Of a stretch of DNA of 64,000 bases, positions 27,935-37,832 are shown piece by piece. The DNA comes from Alphaproteobacteria bacterium (GTDB lineage Bacteria; Pseudomonadota; Alphaproteobacteria; SHVV01). Under the pieces are notes generated by a model. The model made no database searches and was not told the origin of the DNA. It worked only from the letters and a program-made list of their open reading frames with translations. The stretch lies in contig OZ253470.1 in the NCBI GenBank assembly GCA_965261735.1, positions 2,464,001-2,528,000 of the forward strand, given 5' to 3'. The stretch's first letter is position 1; every line of letters begins with the position of its first letter. The position numbers and the translations under genes are program-made.

Positions 27935-29290
27935 TTACAGGCGATTGAGGTAGTCGGGCAAGCCGTCGCCGTCCTCGTCCTGGAAGCTGGGCCCCTGGTC
28001 GACCCGCCTGACCCCGCCCCCGGTATCGACGGTCCTCCGGCGGAGAACCATGCCGCGAGAAAGCTCCGCACTCCCGGAAATAAGCTCCGCTACGCTATAT
28101 TTTGGTTTCACATCAACGATTTGCGCAATGCCGACGGACATCTCGATGCGGTCGAGGGGCTCACCCGTATCCGGATCGATCAACTGTTCGCCGAGCACGA
28201 ATACCTCGAACAGGTCGCCCGCGGCGACCGTTTTCCCGCCCCGATTCACGACAAATTGACCGGGTGCCACCACCGCCGTCACCTTCGGCGGATAGATGTT
28301 CTCCGTCAACTCGTCTACCATCGCGGCCGCCACACCCTGCAGCACTGCCGCAGCAGCCGCCTCGGGGTGAATCCTCGCGGGAAACACCCGATCCATCGCG
28401 ATGGACGATGACCATTTGACCTGCCGCGTGGCGGTCGCCAGCACCGTGAATCGGATCTCGGCAAGGCCGACGAGCCGGTTTTTCCGCTCGCCGGTGATCT
28501 CGATCGTCTTGGACTGGTTTTCGACGACCACGCGGTCAATCACGCCATAGAGCAGATAGTCGGCACCCAATACCTTGCCGAGCCGCGCGCGCTCGCCGGG
28601 GCCGGCGTCACTCGACTGCAGAAGCTGCTTCTCGGCCTCATACACATCCGGACGGCTCCGATCGAGCACGCCGAAGCGGCGCCCCTGGGTCAGCAGCGCC
28701 TCGACACTTCCCCGGAACTCGTCCTGGAGATTCCACACATTCTGGACGTCCACGTCGATGCCGACTCGAACGACCCGACCATCGATCCTCTGCAGCCGGC
28801 CGCCGCCGACACCATAGAGGTGAACTTCCTCCATCGGGAAGTCGAGCACTGCGATGCGCCGCCGTTCCATGGGCGGGCCCGGCACCTTGTAGACCGAGTA
28901 GTGGACCCTGAGCGTTGCGCGCGCGCCGCTGCCGTCGCCGGAGATGTCCAGCACGTCGTAGCCCTCGATCTCGCACTCCTGCTTCGCGGTGCTGGCCTGG
29001 ATGCTGCGGTTGATCCAGTCGATCATCCGCACGCCGTCGTCGTCCTCGATCTGCGTCGACTTCACGTCCAGGGTGGAGCTGATGCGGACGCCGCAGATCT
29101 GGAAGGTCGCCTCCTGCAACGCACTCAGGGTGGCAGCCATGTCGTCGGCGCCACTCCCGGCGATCTCGCGCTCCACCCGTTCGCTCTGCGCGTTGGCGGT
29201 GGCGAGAACGAGGACGGACAACGCAAAGACCGCGGCGCTCCCCACCGCCACCAGACGAAGATTCAGGTATCGTCGAGCGAATCCGCTCAT
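27935..29290 (-). CDS. Periplasmic CsgG/HfaB-like protein
   Basis: Signal peptide; RRRIAVLDF, LTQGRRFGVLDR, LGKVLGADYLLYG, DPDTGEPL beta domain. Confidence 0.75.
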   Translation of the reverse strand: MSGFARRYLNLRLVAVGSAAVFALSVLVLATANAQSERVEREIAGSGADDMAATLSALQEATFQICGVRISSTLDVKSTQIEDDDGVRMIDWINRSIQASTAKQECEIEGYDVLDISGDGSGARATLRVHYSVYKVPGPPMERRRIAVLDFPMEEVHLYGVGGGRLQRIDGRVVRVGIDVDVQNVWNLQDEFRGSVEALLTQGRRFGVLDRSRPDVYEAEKQLLQSSDAGPGERARLGKVLGADYLLYGVIDRVVVENQSKTIEITGERKNRLVGLAEIRFTVLATATRQVKWSSSIAMDRVFPARIHPEAAAAAVLQGVAAAMVDELTENIYPPKVTAVVAPGQFVVNRGGKTVAAGDLFEVFVLGEQLIDPDTGEPLDRIEMSVGIAQIVDVKPKYSVAELISGSAELSRGMVLRRRTVDTGGGVRRVDQGPSFQDEDGDGLPDYLNRL

Positions 29291-29321
29291 GGCCTTCTCC
29301 CGCCGGCACCCGCCGGCTCGT

Positions 29322-30686
29322 TCAGAAATCCGCCGGGTCCATGAGGTCGCGGCTCTCGGCGGTCCCGCTTGAGACGCTTGTCTTCTGCACCGTCTTCTCC
29401 GCCGGCGGCTGGTGCTTGGGCTTCTTCCCCAGCCCCGCCCGGACCCGGTCTTCCTGGGCCGGCGACCACGAGACCACCACGCCGACCAGCTCATGACCCT
29501 CCAGGTCGGGGTGCGTGCCGGACCACTCCCGCCGAACCTCCAAGCCGGTGAGGCTCACCGTAGAGTTCACCTGCGCCTCTTCCACCACCCTGTCGATGAT
29601 CTTGACCGTCTCTTCGTCGCTCACCGTGCCGTCTGGCGAGACGAGACTGAATTCCTCGGCCTCGGTGCCCTGCTCGCTCACCTTGGTAAAGCGCGTGCTC
29701 GCATTCACGAAGGTCGTCAGGTGCGCGTTGGCGTCGCTCAATGCCTGCTCCATGGCGAAGGCACGGCGCCGGGCCTTCTTGCGTTTGTCGAGGCCTTCGG
29801 GCGACCACGCCCACTGGCCGAACGCGACGATGGTCGGATATCCGTGCTCGTCCCACCAGACGCGGGGGCCGAACTCGTTGACGAGCTCATCGTCGGAGAG
29901 GGCGCCGACCTGATCGGCGATGGGCGTCCGCGCCCGATCGCCGTCCGGCCGCATCGGCCTCCCGGCCGCGACCCGACCGGCCAGCTGCCGCATGTTGGAT
30001 GACACCGCTGCCACCACACCGATCGCCGAGTTGCCTTCGTCGTCGAAGGCCTCGAAGGTCTTGATCGGCATCAGGCCCGCCGCGGACCCGAATGCCTCGA
30101 CAGTCACCTGCCGCACCAGTCGCTCATGGAATGCGACCTTCTTTTGGGGCGGAGTCAGCCTTGCGATCTCGTCCGGGCTCGTGCCGGTCTCCGCGAGCGC
30201 CTTGTCCAGCTTGCGCTCTGCGAGAACCACCGCCTTGGTCGCCACGCGCGAAATCAATTGGTTCGTCGACTCGCCCGTCCGGTAGACGAACTCGCTCTCG
30301 TCGAGATCCTCTTCGAAGTAGTTCCGCAGCAGCCTGCTCGTCGTTCTCGTGCGGATACGCGTGACGTATTCGTTCATCGCCTCGACGAAGGCCTGGGTGT
30401 AGGCGAGGGAGCGGGACTTGCCCCATCGCTTCTCGTCGGTTCCGAGAGAAGCGGTCACGACGCTATCGACGAGAGCGATCTCGCCATCTTCGAAGCGTGC
30501 CTGGAAGCTGCGTCCGACGGGATCGGTCGTCTTCCACTCGTCGATCATGCTCCAGACACGACCGGCGGCGTCCCAGTCCTCCGCCGCGTCGTCCTGCGCC
30601 CCGACGCCGCCGGCAAGCGAGAGCGGGACCGCCAGCGCCAGCGCAGCCAGCAGGGGCCGCCAGGAACGTCCCGCGAGACCGCCCAT
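29322..30686 (-). CDS. Secreted protein of unknown function in the lipoprotein operon
   Basis: Signal peptide; WGKSRSLAY, FGPRVWWDEHGYPTIVAFGQW, VGVVVSWSP. Confidence 0.75.
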   Translation of the reverse strand: MGGLAGRSWRPLLAALALAVPLSLAGGVGAQDDAAEDWDAAGRVWSMIDEWKTTDPVGRSFQARFEDGEIALVDSVVTASLGTDEKRWGKSRSLAYTQAFVEAMNEYVTRIRTRTTSRLLRNYFEEDLDESEFVYRTGESTNQLISRVATKAVVLAERKLDKALAETGTSPDEIARLTPPQKKVAFHERLVRQVTVEAFGSAAGLMPIKTFEAFDDEGNSAIGVVAAVSSNMRQLAGRVAAGRPMRPDGDRARTPIADQVGALSDDELVNEFGPRVWWDEHGYPTIVAFGQWAWSPEGLDKRKKARRRAFAMEQALSDANAHLTTFVNASTRFTKVSEQGTEAEEFSLVSPDGTVSDEETVKIIDRVVEEAQVNSTVSLTGLEVRREWSGTHPDLEGHELVGVVVSWSPAQEDRVRAGLGKKPKHQPPAEKTVQKTSVSSGTAESRDLMDPADF

Positions 30687-30712
30687 GCCTCCCTCCTCAG
30701 TCCTGCGAAGGC

Positions 30713-31372
30713 TCACGATTCCCAGGAGAACGAGCTGTTACTGCCCAGCTTGGCGATCACCTCCTCGAACTCCCAGTAGGCGAGCCCGGTCTCGATGTTG
30801 GTCGCGGTGAGCTGGAAGTAGTAGTCGACCTGCTGCTTGCCGCCGACCCGGTTGGTGCGCTGGATGATCTTGCCCGAGAGGCTGAGGTCGGGCGCCACCA
30901 TGGTGCCGCGCTTGGCCACCGTATCCTGGTTGAACAGGTCCGACTCTTCGAGCTCCCGCACCTGGGCGCTCATGCTGTCCTCCGGCCCGCCCGCGGCGAC
31001 CGCCGTCGTGGTGACCACGCGCCCGCTGTACAGCAGGGCGATGCGGATCTTCTTGACCAGTTGATCGGTGTCGATGTTCAGCGTCGTGTCGTTGATGATA
31101 CGGCTGATCGCCATGATCCAGGGCGCATTGGTGCCGGGCTTTTGCGACAACGGGCTGCTCAGGAACGAATCGACCGCCTGCTTGGCGGAATATTCGAAGT
31201 CGCGGTAGTCCAGGCCGAAGGTGGTGTCCCCACCGGTCGCCGGCCGCGAGGAATAGGCGGGGTCGGTCAGGCTCACGACCTTCGTGCCGCCGCAGCCGAT
31301 CGGGCCCGCCACCGCCACGACACAGATGGTCAGGGTCACCAGGAAGCGCTTGCCAACGGCCATAGCGTTCAT
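30713..31372 (-). CDS. LpoB/YcfM-like lipoprotein
   Basis: Lipobox-like PIGC; GLDYRDF, INDTTLNIDTDQLVKKIR, LSGKI, YYFQLT..TGLAYWE. Confidence 0.8.
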   Translation of the reverse strand: MNAMAVGKRFLVTLTICVVAVAGPIGCGGTKVVSLTDPAYSSRPATGGDTTFGLDYRDFEYSAKQAVDSFLSSPLSQKPGTNAPWIMAISRIINDTTLNIDTDQLVKKIRIALLYSGRVVTTTAVAAGGPEDSMSAQVRELEESDLFNQDTVAKRGTMVAPDLSLSGKIIQRTNRVGGKQQVDYYFQLTATNIETGLAYWEFEEVIAKLGSNSSFSWES

Positions 31373-31383
31373 GACGTCACTCC

Positions 31384-33453
31384 TCAGCGTGTGTTTCGTT
31401 GGTTGTGCGTCGTCTCGCCCGTGCCGAACGCACGGGAAACCGACGACAACTCCAGGTGAAGGTCGCCAATGTCGTCTCGGGGTGCGGTGCCGTGGAAACG
31501 CGCGTACGTCCCCGGCAAGGCATGCACCACCTGCCAGCCCGAGAGAATGCTGTCGACGGGGACGCCGCCTGCGTCCAGCCAGGTGAAGCGGTACATGGCC
31601 GAGAGCTTGTGGCTGGAGTGGTTGTAGAACTCGCCCACCACCCGCGCGAAGCCGCCGGCGTTGAGCGACTGGGTGAAGCTCAACTGCCGCAGCCCCTTGT
31701 TCTTCAAGGTCCTGTCCACCGAGACATGCGGTTTCCACCAGTCGGGGCTGGCGGAGGTATGCTTGGCGGTCGCATGGGCGACGACCAGCTCCTCGGATTC
31801 GGCCAGGGTGTCGTGCCCGTTCGTGGTATCGGTGCTGCTCGCGCGAACAGTCTCCGCCGCCGGCTCCAATTCCATGGCCGCGAGACGAATGTCCATGGCC
31901 GCGAGACGAATGGCGACATCTTCCGGAACCGTATCGATCGCCGCCACGGACCGCACCACCATGTCGCCCGAGCCGCTGGACGTTGCCCCGTCGCTGCTGA
32001 GCGCAGCGACATGGACGGCGGCTGGCGCGCTGGCGCTGACAGTCTTCACCGTGACAATCACGAACGCCGCCGACGGTAGCTGGACATCCGCGATCTCGCT
32101 GCCGCTACCTGCCGTGATCAGGATCCTGTCGTCGGCCGGCCAAGGTAGGCTTGCCACGTTGATCGACTGCGGCAGCGCCCGCCACATGCGCGTGTCGGCC
32201 TGCGTCGTTGCGGCCGCGGCCATGGTCGTGCCGACCTTCAGCAGCGCGCCGAGCAACGCATTACCCGTTTCATCAGCCGCCTGATGCACAGCAATCTGGG
32301 CGACTACCTTCACCACTGCAGACGCGACCGCCTTGGCGATGATCGCATCGTACCCGGCGCGAAACTCCGTCGCCGCGTAGCGGTCGACGTTCAATAGGGG
32401 CTCAGTGCGGTAATTTGCGCCGCCGGCCTCCACAATCAGTGAGCCGACCCCGGTAGTCCCGGTTACGAACTCCGGCACAGCGATACCCGCGTAGAGTTGC
32501 CCGGTCGGCATGAATACGGGGAGATCGACGCGAAACTCATCAAGACGAGGGCCAATCCCGTCCTCGTGAACGATCCACACTCGGCGGGGTGCCCCGGTAG
32601 TGCTGCCGGCTGCCTCCTCGGCCACACGGAAATCTTCCTTCACGTGGCTGTTACGTTCGCCGTTGAGCACGACAGCATTGCGGAACAAGTCAGATGCCCG
32701 GTTTGCTTCACCTGTCGCCAGCCGGAACGCACCGTGGAGCCAGTCCGTGAAGGGATTTCTCAAGTCCCTGTATTCACCCAGCGCCCGCACAGCCGCCAAG
32801 CGTTTGCCGAGTTCGCCGTCGGGCTTCGTGGCCTCTGCGAGGGTCTGATCGACCTGCTGCGACTGCTCCTCGCTATCCGCCGCCTCCTCCGGATCCTCCT
32901 CGGCCAAGGCCCGCACCTTCGAAGCAAGTTGATGGACCGCGTTGGCCTGTCGTTGGTCCGCCCGGTTGAGCTCCACCCGCGCGCGCGCCTCGTCCCCCAT
33001 ATCGAGGGCATTCATCGCCTTATAGGTGTTGATAAGCACGCCATCGTAGATGTTGCCGTGATAGGACGAGATTAAATCGCTTCCGACGATAGTCAGGCCT
33101 TCTTCGAGGAACTCACCAACGTCGGAGATCTCGTCCGCTTTCCACAGGAGCTTCGCCTCGGCCCTGTCGAAGGCAGTCTGCGAGGCGTCGTACGATCCCG
33201 CCGCTCTCAGTGCGGAGCCCACCTGGAGCGAGGTAAGCAGGTTCTCCTCGTCATAGTCGAGCCCGTCTTCGCCGCCGAGCATCGCCGCTGCCCCCGCATA
33301 GTCACCTTGCGAGTAGGGATTCTGGAAGCTGCTGGTTCTTTCGAGATCCGCGGCTCCCGTGCACCCTGCGGCAAGCAGCAGGAGTCCGAGGAGCCCAAAG
33401 CAGGCCGACAGCCGCGCCGACCGAGCTAAAGGAGACAGGAGCACGCGCAACAT
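31384..33453 (-). CDS. COG3014-like lipoprotein fused to a C-terminal YcfL/DUF1425-like domain
   Basis: LAAGC lipobox; NTYKAMN..ARVELNRA..RQ, ADTRMWRALP; C-terminal YRFTWLDAGG..WQ. Confidence 0.75.
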   Translation of the reverse strand: MLRVLLSPLARSARLSACFGLLGLLLLAAGCTGAADLERTSSFQNPYSQGDYAGAAAMLGGEDGLDYDEENLLTSLQVGSALRAAGSYDASQTAFDRAEAKLLWKADEISDVGEFLEEGLTIVGSDLISSYHGNIYDGVLINTYKAMNALDMGDEARARVELNRADQRQANAVHQLASKVRALAEEDPEEAADSEEQSQQVDQTLAEATKPDGELGKRLAAVRALGEYRDLRNPFTDWLHGAFRLATGEANRASDLFRNAVVLNGERNSHVKEDFRVAEEAAGSTTGAPRRVWIVHEDGIGPRLDEFRVDLPVFMPTGQLYAGIAVPEFVTGTTGVGSLIVEAGGANYRTEPLLNVDRYAATEFRAGYDAIIAKAVASAVVKVVAQIAVHQAADETGNALLGALLKVGTTMAAAATTQADTRMWRALPQSINVASLPWPADDRILITAGSGSEIADVQLPSAAFVIVTVKTVSASAPAAVHVAALSSDGATSSGSGDMVVRSVAAIDTVPEDVAIRLAAMDIRLAAMELEPAAETVRASSTDTTNGHDTLAESEELVVAHATAKHTSASPDWWKPHVSVDRTLKNKGLRQLSFTQSLNAGGFARVVGEFYNHSSHKLSAMYRFTWLDAGGVPVDSILSGWQVVHALPGTYARFHGTAPRDDIGDLHLELSSVSRAFGTGETTHNQRNTR
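31871..31912. repeat. 21-bp tandem duplication in the fusion linker
   Basis: TCCATGGCCGCGAGACGAATG twice (IRLAAMD/IRLAAME). Confidence 0.9.
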
Positions 33454-33477
33454 CTGTAACCTCCCATTTTACCTTAT

Positions 33478-34921
33478 CCGGGATTCCCCGGATTGCTTCT
33501 CCCAACCGCCGACAGTGATAGCAGAATGGGCATCCGACCGCGAATCCGGCCCTGAGCCGTCATGATAGGCTGTAGTCCGCACTTGATCGGGCTGATTTGG
33601 TGATGAGAAGCCCGACCCGGTGACCACTCCGCATTGGGAGGGCGCACTTCGACCTGCGCAGCACACACCTGTCCTGTCGGGCGGCCGGGATTGCCACTGG
33701 ATGGGCCGTTGTCACGGCGGCACAGGGGCCGGCCGCAGCCCATCGATGAGGCGGAGGATTTTTCGGAACAGCTCCCTCGGCACCGCAACCTCCGCCAGTT
33801 GGAAAGTGACGTACCGGCCGTGGCTCACGACCTTGGCACCAATCTTGATCAGCTTCTCCCTGAGCGTGGTCAGAGACCAGTGCTCCACCGCCTTCGGCAA
33901 GGCCAGCGTCCGCATGAAGTTGCCGAGGTTGTAAGCCAGGGCGTGAAGCTGAAGCCGGACCTCGTTGTTGCGGAATTTCTGGCACGACAGGCGCGTCCAC
34001 CGGATGGCATTCTTGCCTTCCTTGATATGCTGTTCCGCTGTGCCCCGCTGGTTGTAAAAGGCCACCACGCGTTCGGCGGGTCGGGTCAGGTTGGTGACGA
34101 TGAAGCCGACCCGGGGAACCAGTTCCCCGGGATGCCATTCAACCCTGGCGACCACCCGGCGCTTCCGGTTCCACGAGGCGGCCTGATAGCTGAAGCTGGC
34201 ATGGAAACGGCGCACATGGTTGGGCGGGCGACCGACGGGACGCGTGAGCAGGTGAGCGATGCTTGCTTGAAGAACCGCGTTGGCCTTGAGACGGATCGCG
34301 TACTTGTAACCCTCGGCTTCCAGGAACTCATAGAGGTCCGGCGAGGCGAAGGCCGCATCGCCTCGGAAGTAGCGCCGCACCTTCCAATCCCGATAACGGG
34401 CAACCACGGGTTCCAGAACGTCGTGCCAGCCATGGGCGCTATGGACGTTGCCGGGGCGCAAGGCGCACCGCTCCAGATCGCCAAACTGGTTGAACACAAA
34501 CAGCGGATGATAGCAGGAACACCCGAAGTGCCCGTTGTAGGCCGTGCCCTCTTGATCGCCGTGGGTTGGGCTCACACTGGAATCCATGTCGAGGATGATC
34601 ACCCTCGGCGGGTGCCGCGCATGCACGCGGTCGATCCATTGGCCTGACAAACCAGCAAGGGCGGTGAGGTTCTCGTCGGTGGCAAGGAACTCGGTCTCGA
34701 AGCGCCCCATCTGACTGGTCGATGCAGCAGCCTTGGCCACGGCGCGACCGCCGACGATCCAGCGCATCGCCGGATCACGACCCAGGCGGTCGGCGTCGTT
34801 CACGTCCTCGTAGCCGCCAAGGCGGCCGAAGACGGACTGCCGGAACAAGCCCTTCATCGCGTGCTGGCCATTCTTGCCCGTGCGCGGATCAACGAGTTCA
34901 TCGCCGACCATTAGGGTCAAG
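33478..34921 (-). mobile_element. IS1380-family element, 5'-truncated
   Basis: End CCGGGATTCCCCGGAT at 33478; the other end is replaced by an IS1595 fragment. Confidence 0.8.
33712..34920 (-). pseudogene. IS1380-family transposase lacking its N-terminus
   Basis: GYEDVNDA, LDMDSS, CYHPLF, LRPGNVHSA, RGDAAF, YNQRGTAEQHIKEGK. Confidence 0.9.
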
Positions 34922-35334
34922 CTTGCCTATCCGGTTAACGCCCATGAACGCTACATGTAGGGTGCCGCCACTCTCCCGAGTAAAGCTCGGCATAGGTTGG
35001 AGCAGAGGTGTCGCCCGCGATGCCGAGCAATGAGCGGAAGGCGTTGAACGGGTAGAACCGCCTGTTGAAGCGGAAGGTGAACTCGTTGAGGTAGGCTTGT
35101 AGGTGCTGGTGGCTAACGCCGTGGTGGATACCGATCAGCCACGTCTTCAGGTTGGCGAAAACCAGATGGATGATCGGCAGGTATTGCTCGGCAACCTCTG
35201 GATCACCACACTCGGCAACAGCGAAGTGCTCATAGCCGCGCTTACCGAGGCCAGCATAGCCGCTCCAATCGTCAGTAACGATCAGCGATCCCGGCGCGAC
35301 GGTGCTCTCGCACGAACCCACAGAGCGACTCGGC
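34922..35334 (-). mobile_element. IS1595 element A, 3' fragment in inverted orientation
   Basis: Reverse complement of about 12252-12663 with a few differences. Confidence 0.9.
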
Positions 35335-35376
35335 AGGCAAGGAACGAACTGGCCCAACGTTGTGCGTAGCAAGTGT

Positions 35377-36105
35377 TCATGCCTCTTCCCTGTCCTGCTC
35401 TCGCCAGCGTTCCAGCATGGCCTGCCCAGGCGCGACGCTACCTTCCTTTTCTATCCACAGGTCCTTAACCCTCCCGAAGGAGAGGTGCCCGCCTTCTTCC
35501 TTCGGCAATACACGCGCGACGGCATCACAAGGCGTCTCGTCCTCTGATGCATCGTTGCGCGTTGGGTGCCTGCCGGTCAGGTAGGCGAGAGTTGCAACGG
35601 TGTGGATGATGTATCTGTCGCGCAACCAGTTCTGCCCCGGCCTCCCTCCCCCTCGCGGCGGCGGCTCCTGAAACCGGGATGCTGCTGACCACTCGCGGAG
35701 CTCTCGCGGGATAGGCTCGCCGGTCCGATCGAACATCGCCAAGAGAGATCGGAGGATACGCTGCCCCTCCTTCCCCGGATCGCCATCGCACCCGGCGTGT
35801 TCAATGCGCGATGTACAATTCAGGCACAGGCCGTTGCGGTAGTATTCAAATAGAAACTTGACGAAACTTGCTTCCCAAACCTCAGCCTGCGTCAGCGCGT
35901 CGCCAAACACCGGGTGGTTCACATTGTCAAGCGGGCGGCCATCGCTCCTGCCGAACAGGCGAGAGCGCGCCTCCTTCACCATTCCGTCGAAGTCGAGGTC
36001 GTCACTAAGGGAGCCGGCCCGGAAGGGCGGTTTCCCCGTACCCAGGAGTTCCAGGTCGCGCAGGTCGGCGCTTGTGGTGCCCGTCGGGATACTTGTCAGC
36101 AACAT
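35377..36105 (-). CDS. Hypothetical protein downstream of the integrase (5' end uncertain, possibly frameshifted)
   Basis: 242-aa open frame; an alternative frame begins MNSSE.. at the integrase stop. Confidence 0.45.
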   Translation of the reverse strand: MLLTSIPTGTTSADLRDLELLGTGKPPFRAGSLSDDLDFDGMVKEARSRLFGRSDGRPLDNVNHPVFGDALTQAEVWEASFVKFLFEYYRNGLCLNCTSRIEHAGCDGDPGKEGQRILRSLLAMFDRTGEPIPRELREWSAASRFQEPPPRGGGRPGQNWLRDRYIIHTVATLAYLTGRHPTRNDASEDETPCDAVARVLPKEEGGHLSFGRVKDLWIEKEGSVAPGQAMLERWREQDREEA

Positions 36106-36200
36106 TCTTCATCACCGCTTTGCTATCTTCAAACTGGCGGAGGAAGGCGTCGTGCTTCTCTTGCTGAGCCTCCGTGTGCGGCTGACAGGGACATTCCGAG

Positions 36201-37391
36201 CTATTCATGCGCCCGGACCATCGGCACGACACGCCCAGTGCCCCCTTCCAGGTAGCCCGCCCACTGGTCCATGAGCCCACGGCGGCGTTCGAACAGATCG
36301 GAGCGCGCATAGGCCGCCTCAACGGCGTTGCCGACGGAGTGGGCAAGGCTCAACTCCATGACGGCGTGCTTCGCATTCGTGCATTCAGCGGCGAAGTCGC
36401 GAAACGAGCTGCGGAAACCGTGGACCGTCGCCCGGTCAGCGACCCCGATCCTGCGCAACAGCGCGGTGAGGGTCATGTCGCTCAGCGGCCGGCCGGGCAG
36501 GGAAGGTGACGGGAACACCAGACCGCTTCCGTCGTCGATGGCGCGTACCTCTTCAAGAATTTCCAGTGCGCACCCGCACAGGGGAACGCGATGTTCGGCG
36601 TTCGCCTTCATGCGGGACGCCGGCACCGTCCAGGTGGCCGCGTCCATGTCGATTTCGCTCCAGGCGGCACCCCGCGCCTCGCCGCTCCGCACGGCCGTCA
36701 AGATCAGAAACTCAAGGCACCACTTGGCCGCCAGGGACGCTTGAGACTGTCGTACCGCCTCGACTAACCCTCCGACTTCCTGATAGGGCAACGCCCGCAG
36801 GTGGTTCTTGACCTTCGGCATCGCCGGCAGCGCGCCGTCGATGACCTCGCCTGCCGCGTTGTGCTCGACGAAGCGGTGAGCCTGGGCCCACTTGAGGATG
36901 GTACGGACACGCTGGCGAACCCGGCGCGCGGTCTCCGGCGTGGTCCCCCAGATCGGCGTCAGGACGCGAAGCACGTCCTCCTGGTTGATGGTGTCCACCG
37001 GCATGTTGCCAAGGACCGGGTAGGCGTGGCGTTCGAGCGACTGGAGCCAAGTCACCGTGTGCTTGCCGTTGCGCCAGCGCGGGCGGTTTGCTTCGAAGAC
37101 CCGTTCGGCCGCCTCGTGAAAGGTCGGAACGGAGGTCCGGCGCTTCTCGGCGAGCGGATCGCCGCCCGATGCGATCAGCGCTCGGTTGCGCGCTGCCGCC
37201 TCACGCGCTTGGGCGAGCCCCACATCGGGGAAACGCCCGAGACCGATATCGCGTCGCCGACCCCCATACTTGATGCGCTGTATCCAGGAGCGCGCGTCAC
37301 CACGTCCGATCTTCAGATAGAGCCCGACGCCATCGCCGTACATTCCGGGCGCCTTTAGCGTCCGCAAGCGCGTCGCCGTCAGCTTTCCCAT
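36201..37391 (-). CDS. P4-like tyrosine integrase with an arm-binding domain
   Basis: GMYGDGVGLYL, GLGRFPDVGLAQAR, LTAVRSGE, RMK, HGFRSSFRD, LAH, AY. Confidence 0.95.
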   Translation of the reverse strand: MGKLTATRLRTLKAPGMYGDGVGLYLKIGRGDARSWIQRIKYGGRRRDIGLGRFPDVGLAQAREAAARNRALIASGGDPLAEKRRTSVPTFHEAAERVFEANRPRWRNGKHTVTWLQSLERHAYPVLGNMPVDTINQEDVLRVLTPIWGTTPETARRVRQRVRTILKWAQAHRFVEHNAAGEVIDGALPAMPKVKNHLRALPYQEVGGLVEAVRQSQASLAAKWCLEFLILTAVRSGEARGAAWSEIDMDAATWTVPASRMKANAEHRVPLCGCALEILEEVRAIDDGSGLVFPSPSLPGRPLSDMTLTALLRRIGVADRATVHGFRSSFRDFAAECTNAKHAVMELSLAHSVGNAVEAAYARSDLFERRRGLMDQWAGYLEGGTGRVVPMVRAHE

Positions 37392-37412
37392 CGCGCCATC
37401 CCCTCACTCCCA

Positions 37413-37469
37413 ACATGTATCCCCACACGGATGCTGAGAAGACATGTATCCCCACACGGATGCTGAGAA
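37413..37469. repeat. 28-bp tandem direct repeat between integrase and tRNA
   Basis: ACATGTATCCCCACACGGATGCTGAGAA at 37413-37440 and 37442-37469. Confidence 0.9.
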
Positions 37470-37569
37470 AATAAGAGAATGTGCCGGAAGGTTCAAGAAC
37501 AAATATCCCTGTAATTCAAAGTCTTAAGTGAATTCCCCGGACACCTGAGGAATGTCCGGGGAGGGGGAT

Positions 37570-37645
37570 TGGTGGAGCCGAGGGGAATCGAACCCCTGAC
37601 CTCGACATTGCGAACGTCGCGCTCTCCCAACTGAGCTACGGCCCC
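37570..37645 (-). tRNA. tRNA-Ala(CGC)
   Basis: 76-nt cloverleaf GGGGCCG..TTCGCAA loop..TTCGATT..CGGCTCCACCA; G3-U70 pair. Confidence 0.97.
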
Positions 37646-37832
37646 ATGGGGCGCCGCGGCAAGATCGCGCCGCGGGCGGGGGCGATCATCGTGCCGCGCA
37701 CCAGGGCTGTCAAGGCGACCGCGCGCGCGGGTGCGGAGGGCACGCGAGCGCCGCTTTGACCCTGGCCCGTGCGCGGCCCGTGATGTAGGGTACGCGCGCG
37801 AAACCTCCCGTCCTGAGCCGCGGACGCCCGCG

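Noticed and set aside
27935-29290. Curli secretion system
   Set aside because: Only a CsgG-like domain; no curlin repeats or csgE/F in the window.
27069-35334. Single inversion splitting one IS1595 copy
   Set aside because: Re-inverting leaves about 363 bp missing and the outer flanks share no target duplication.
37413-37469. 28-bp repeat as a CRISPR array
   Set aside because: Only two adjacent units, no spacer, no cas genes.
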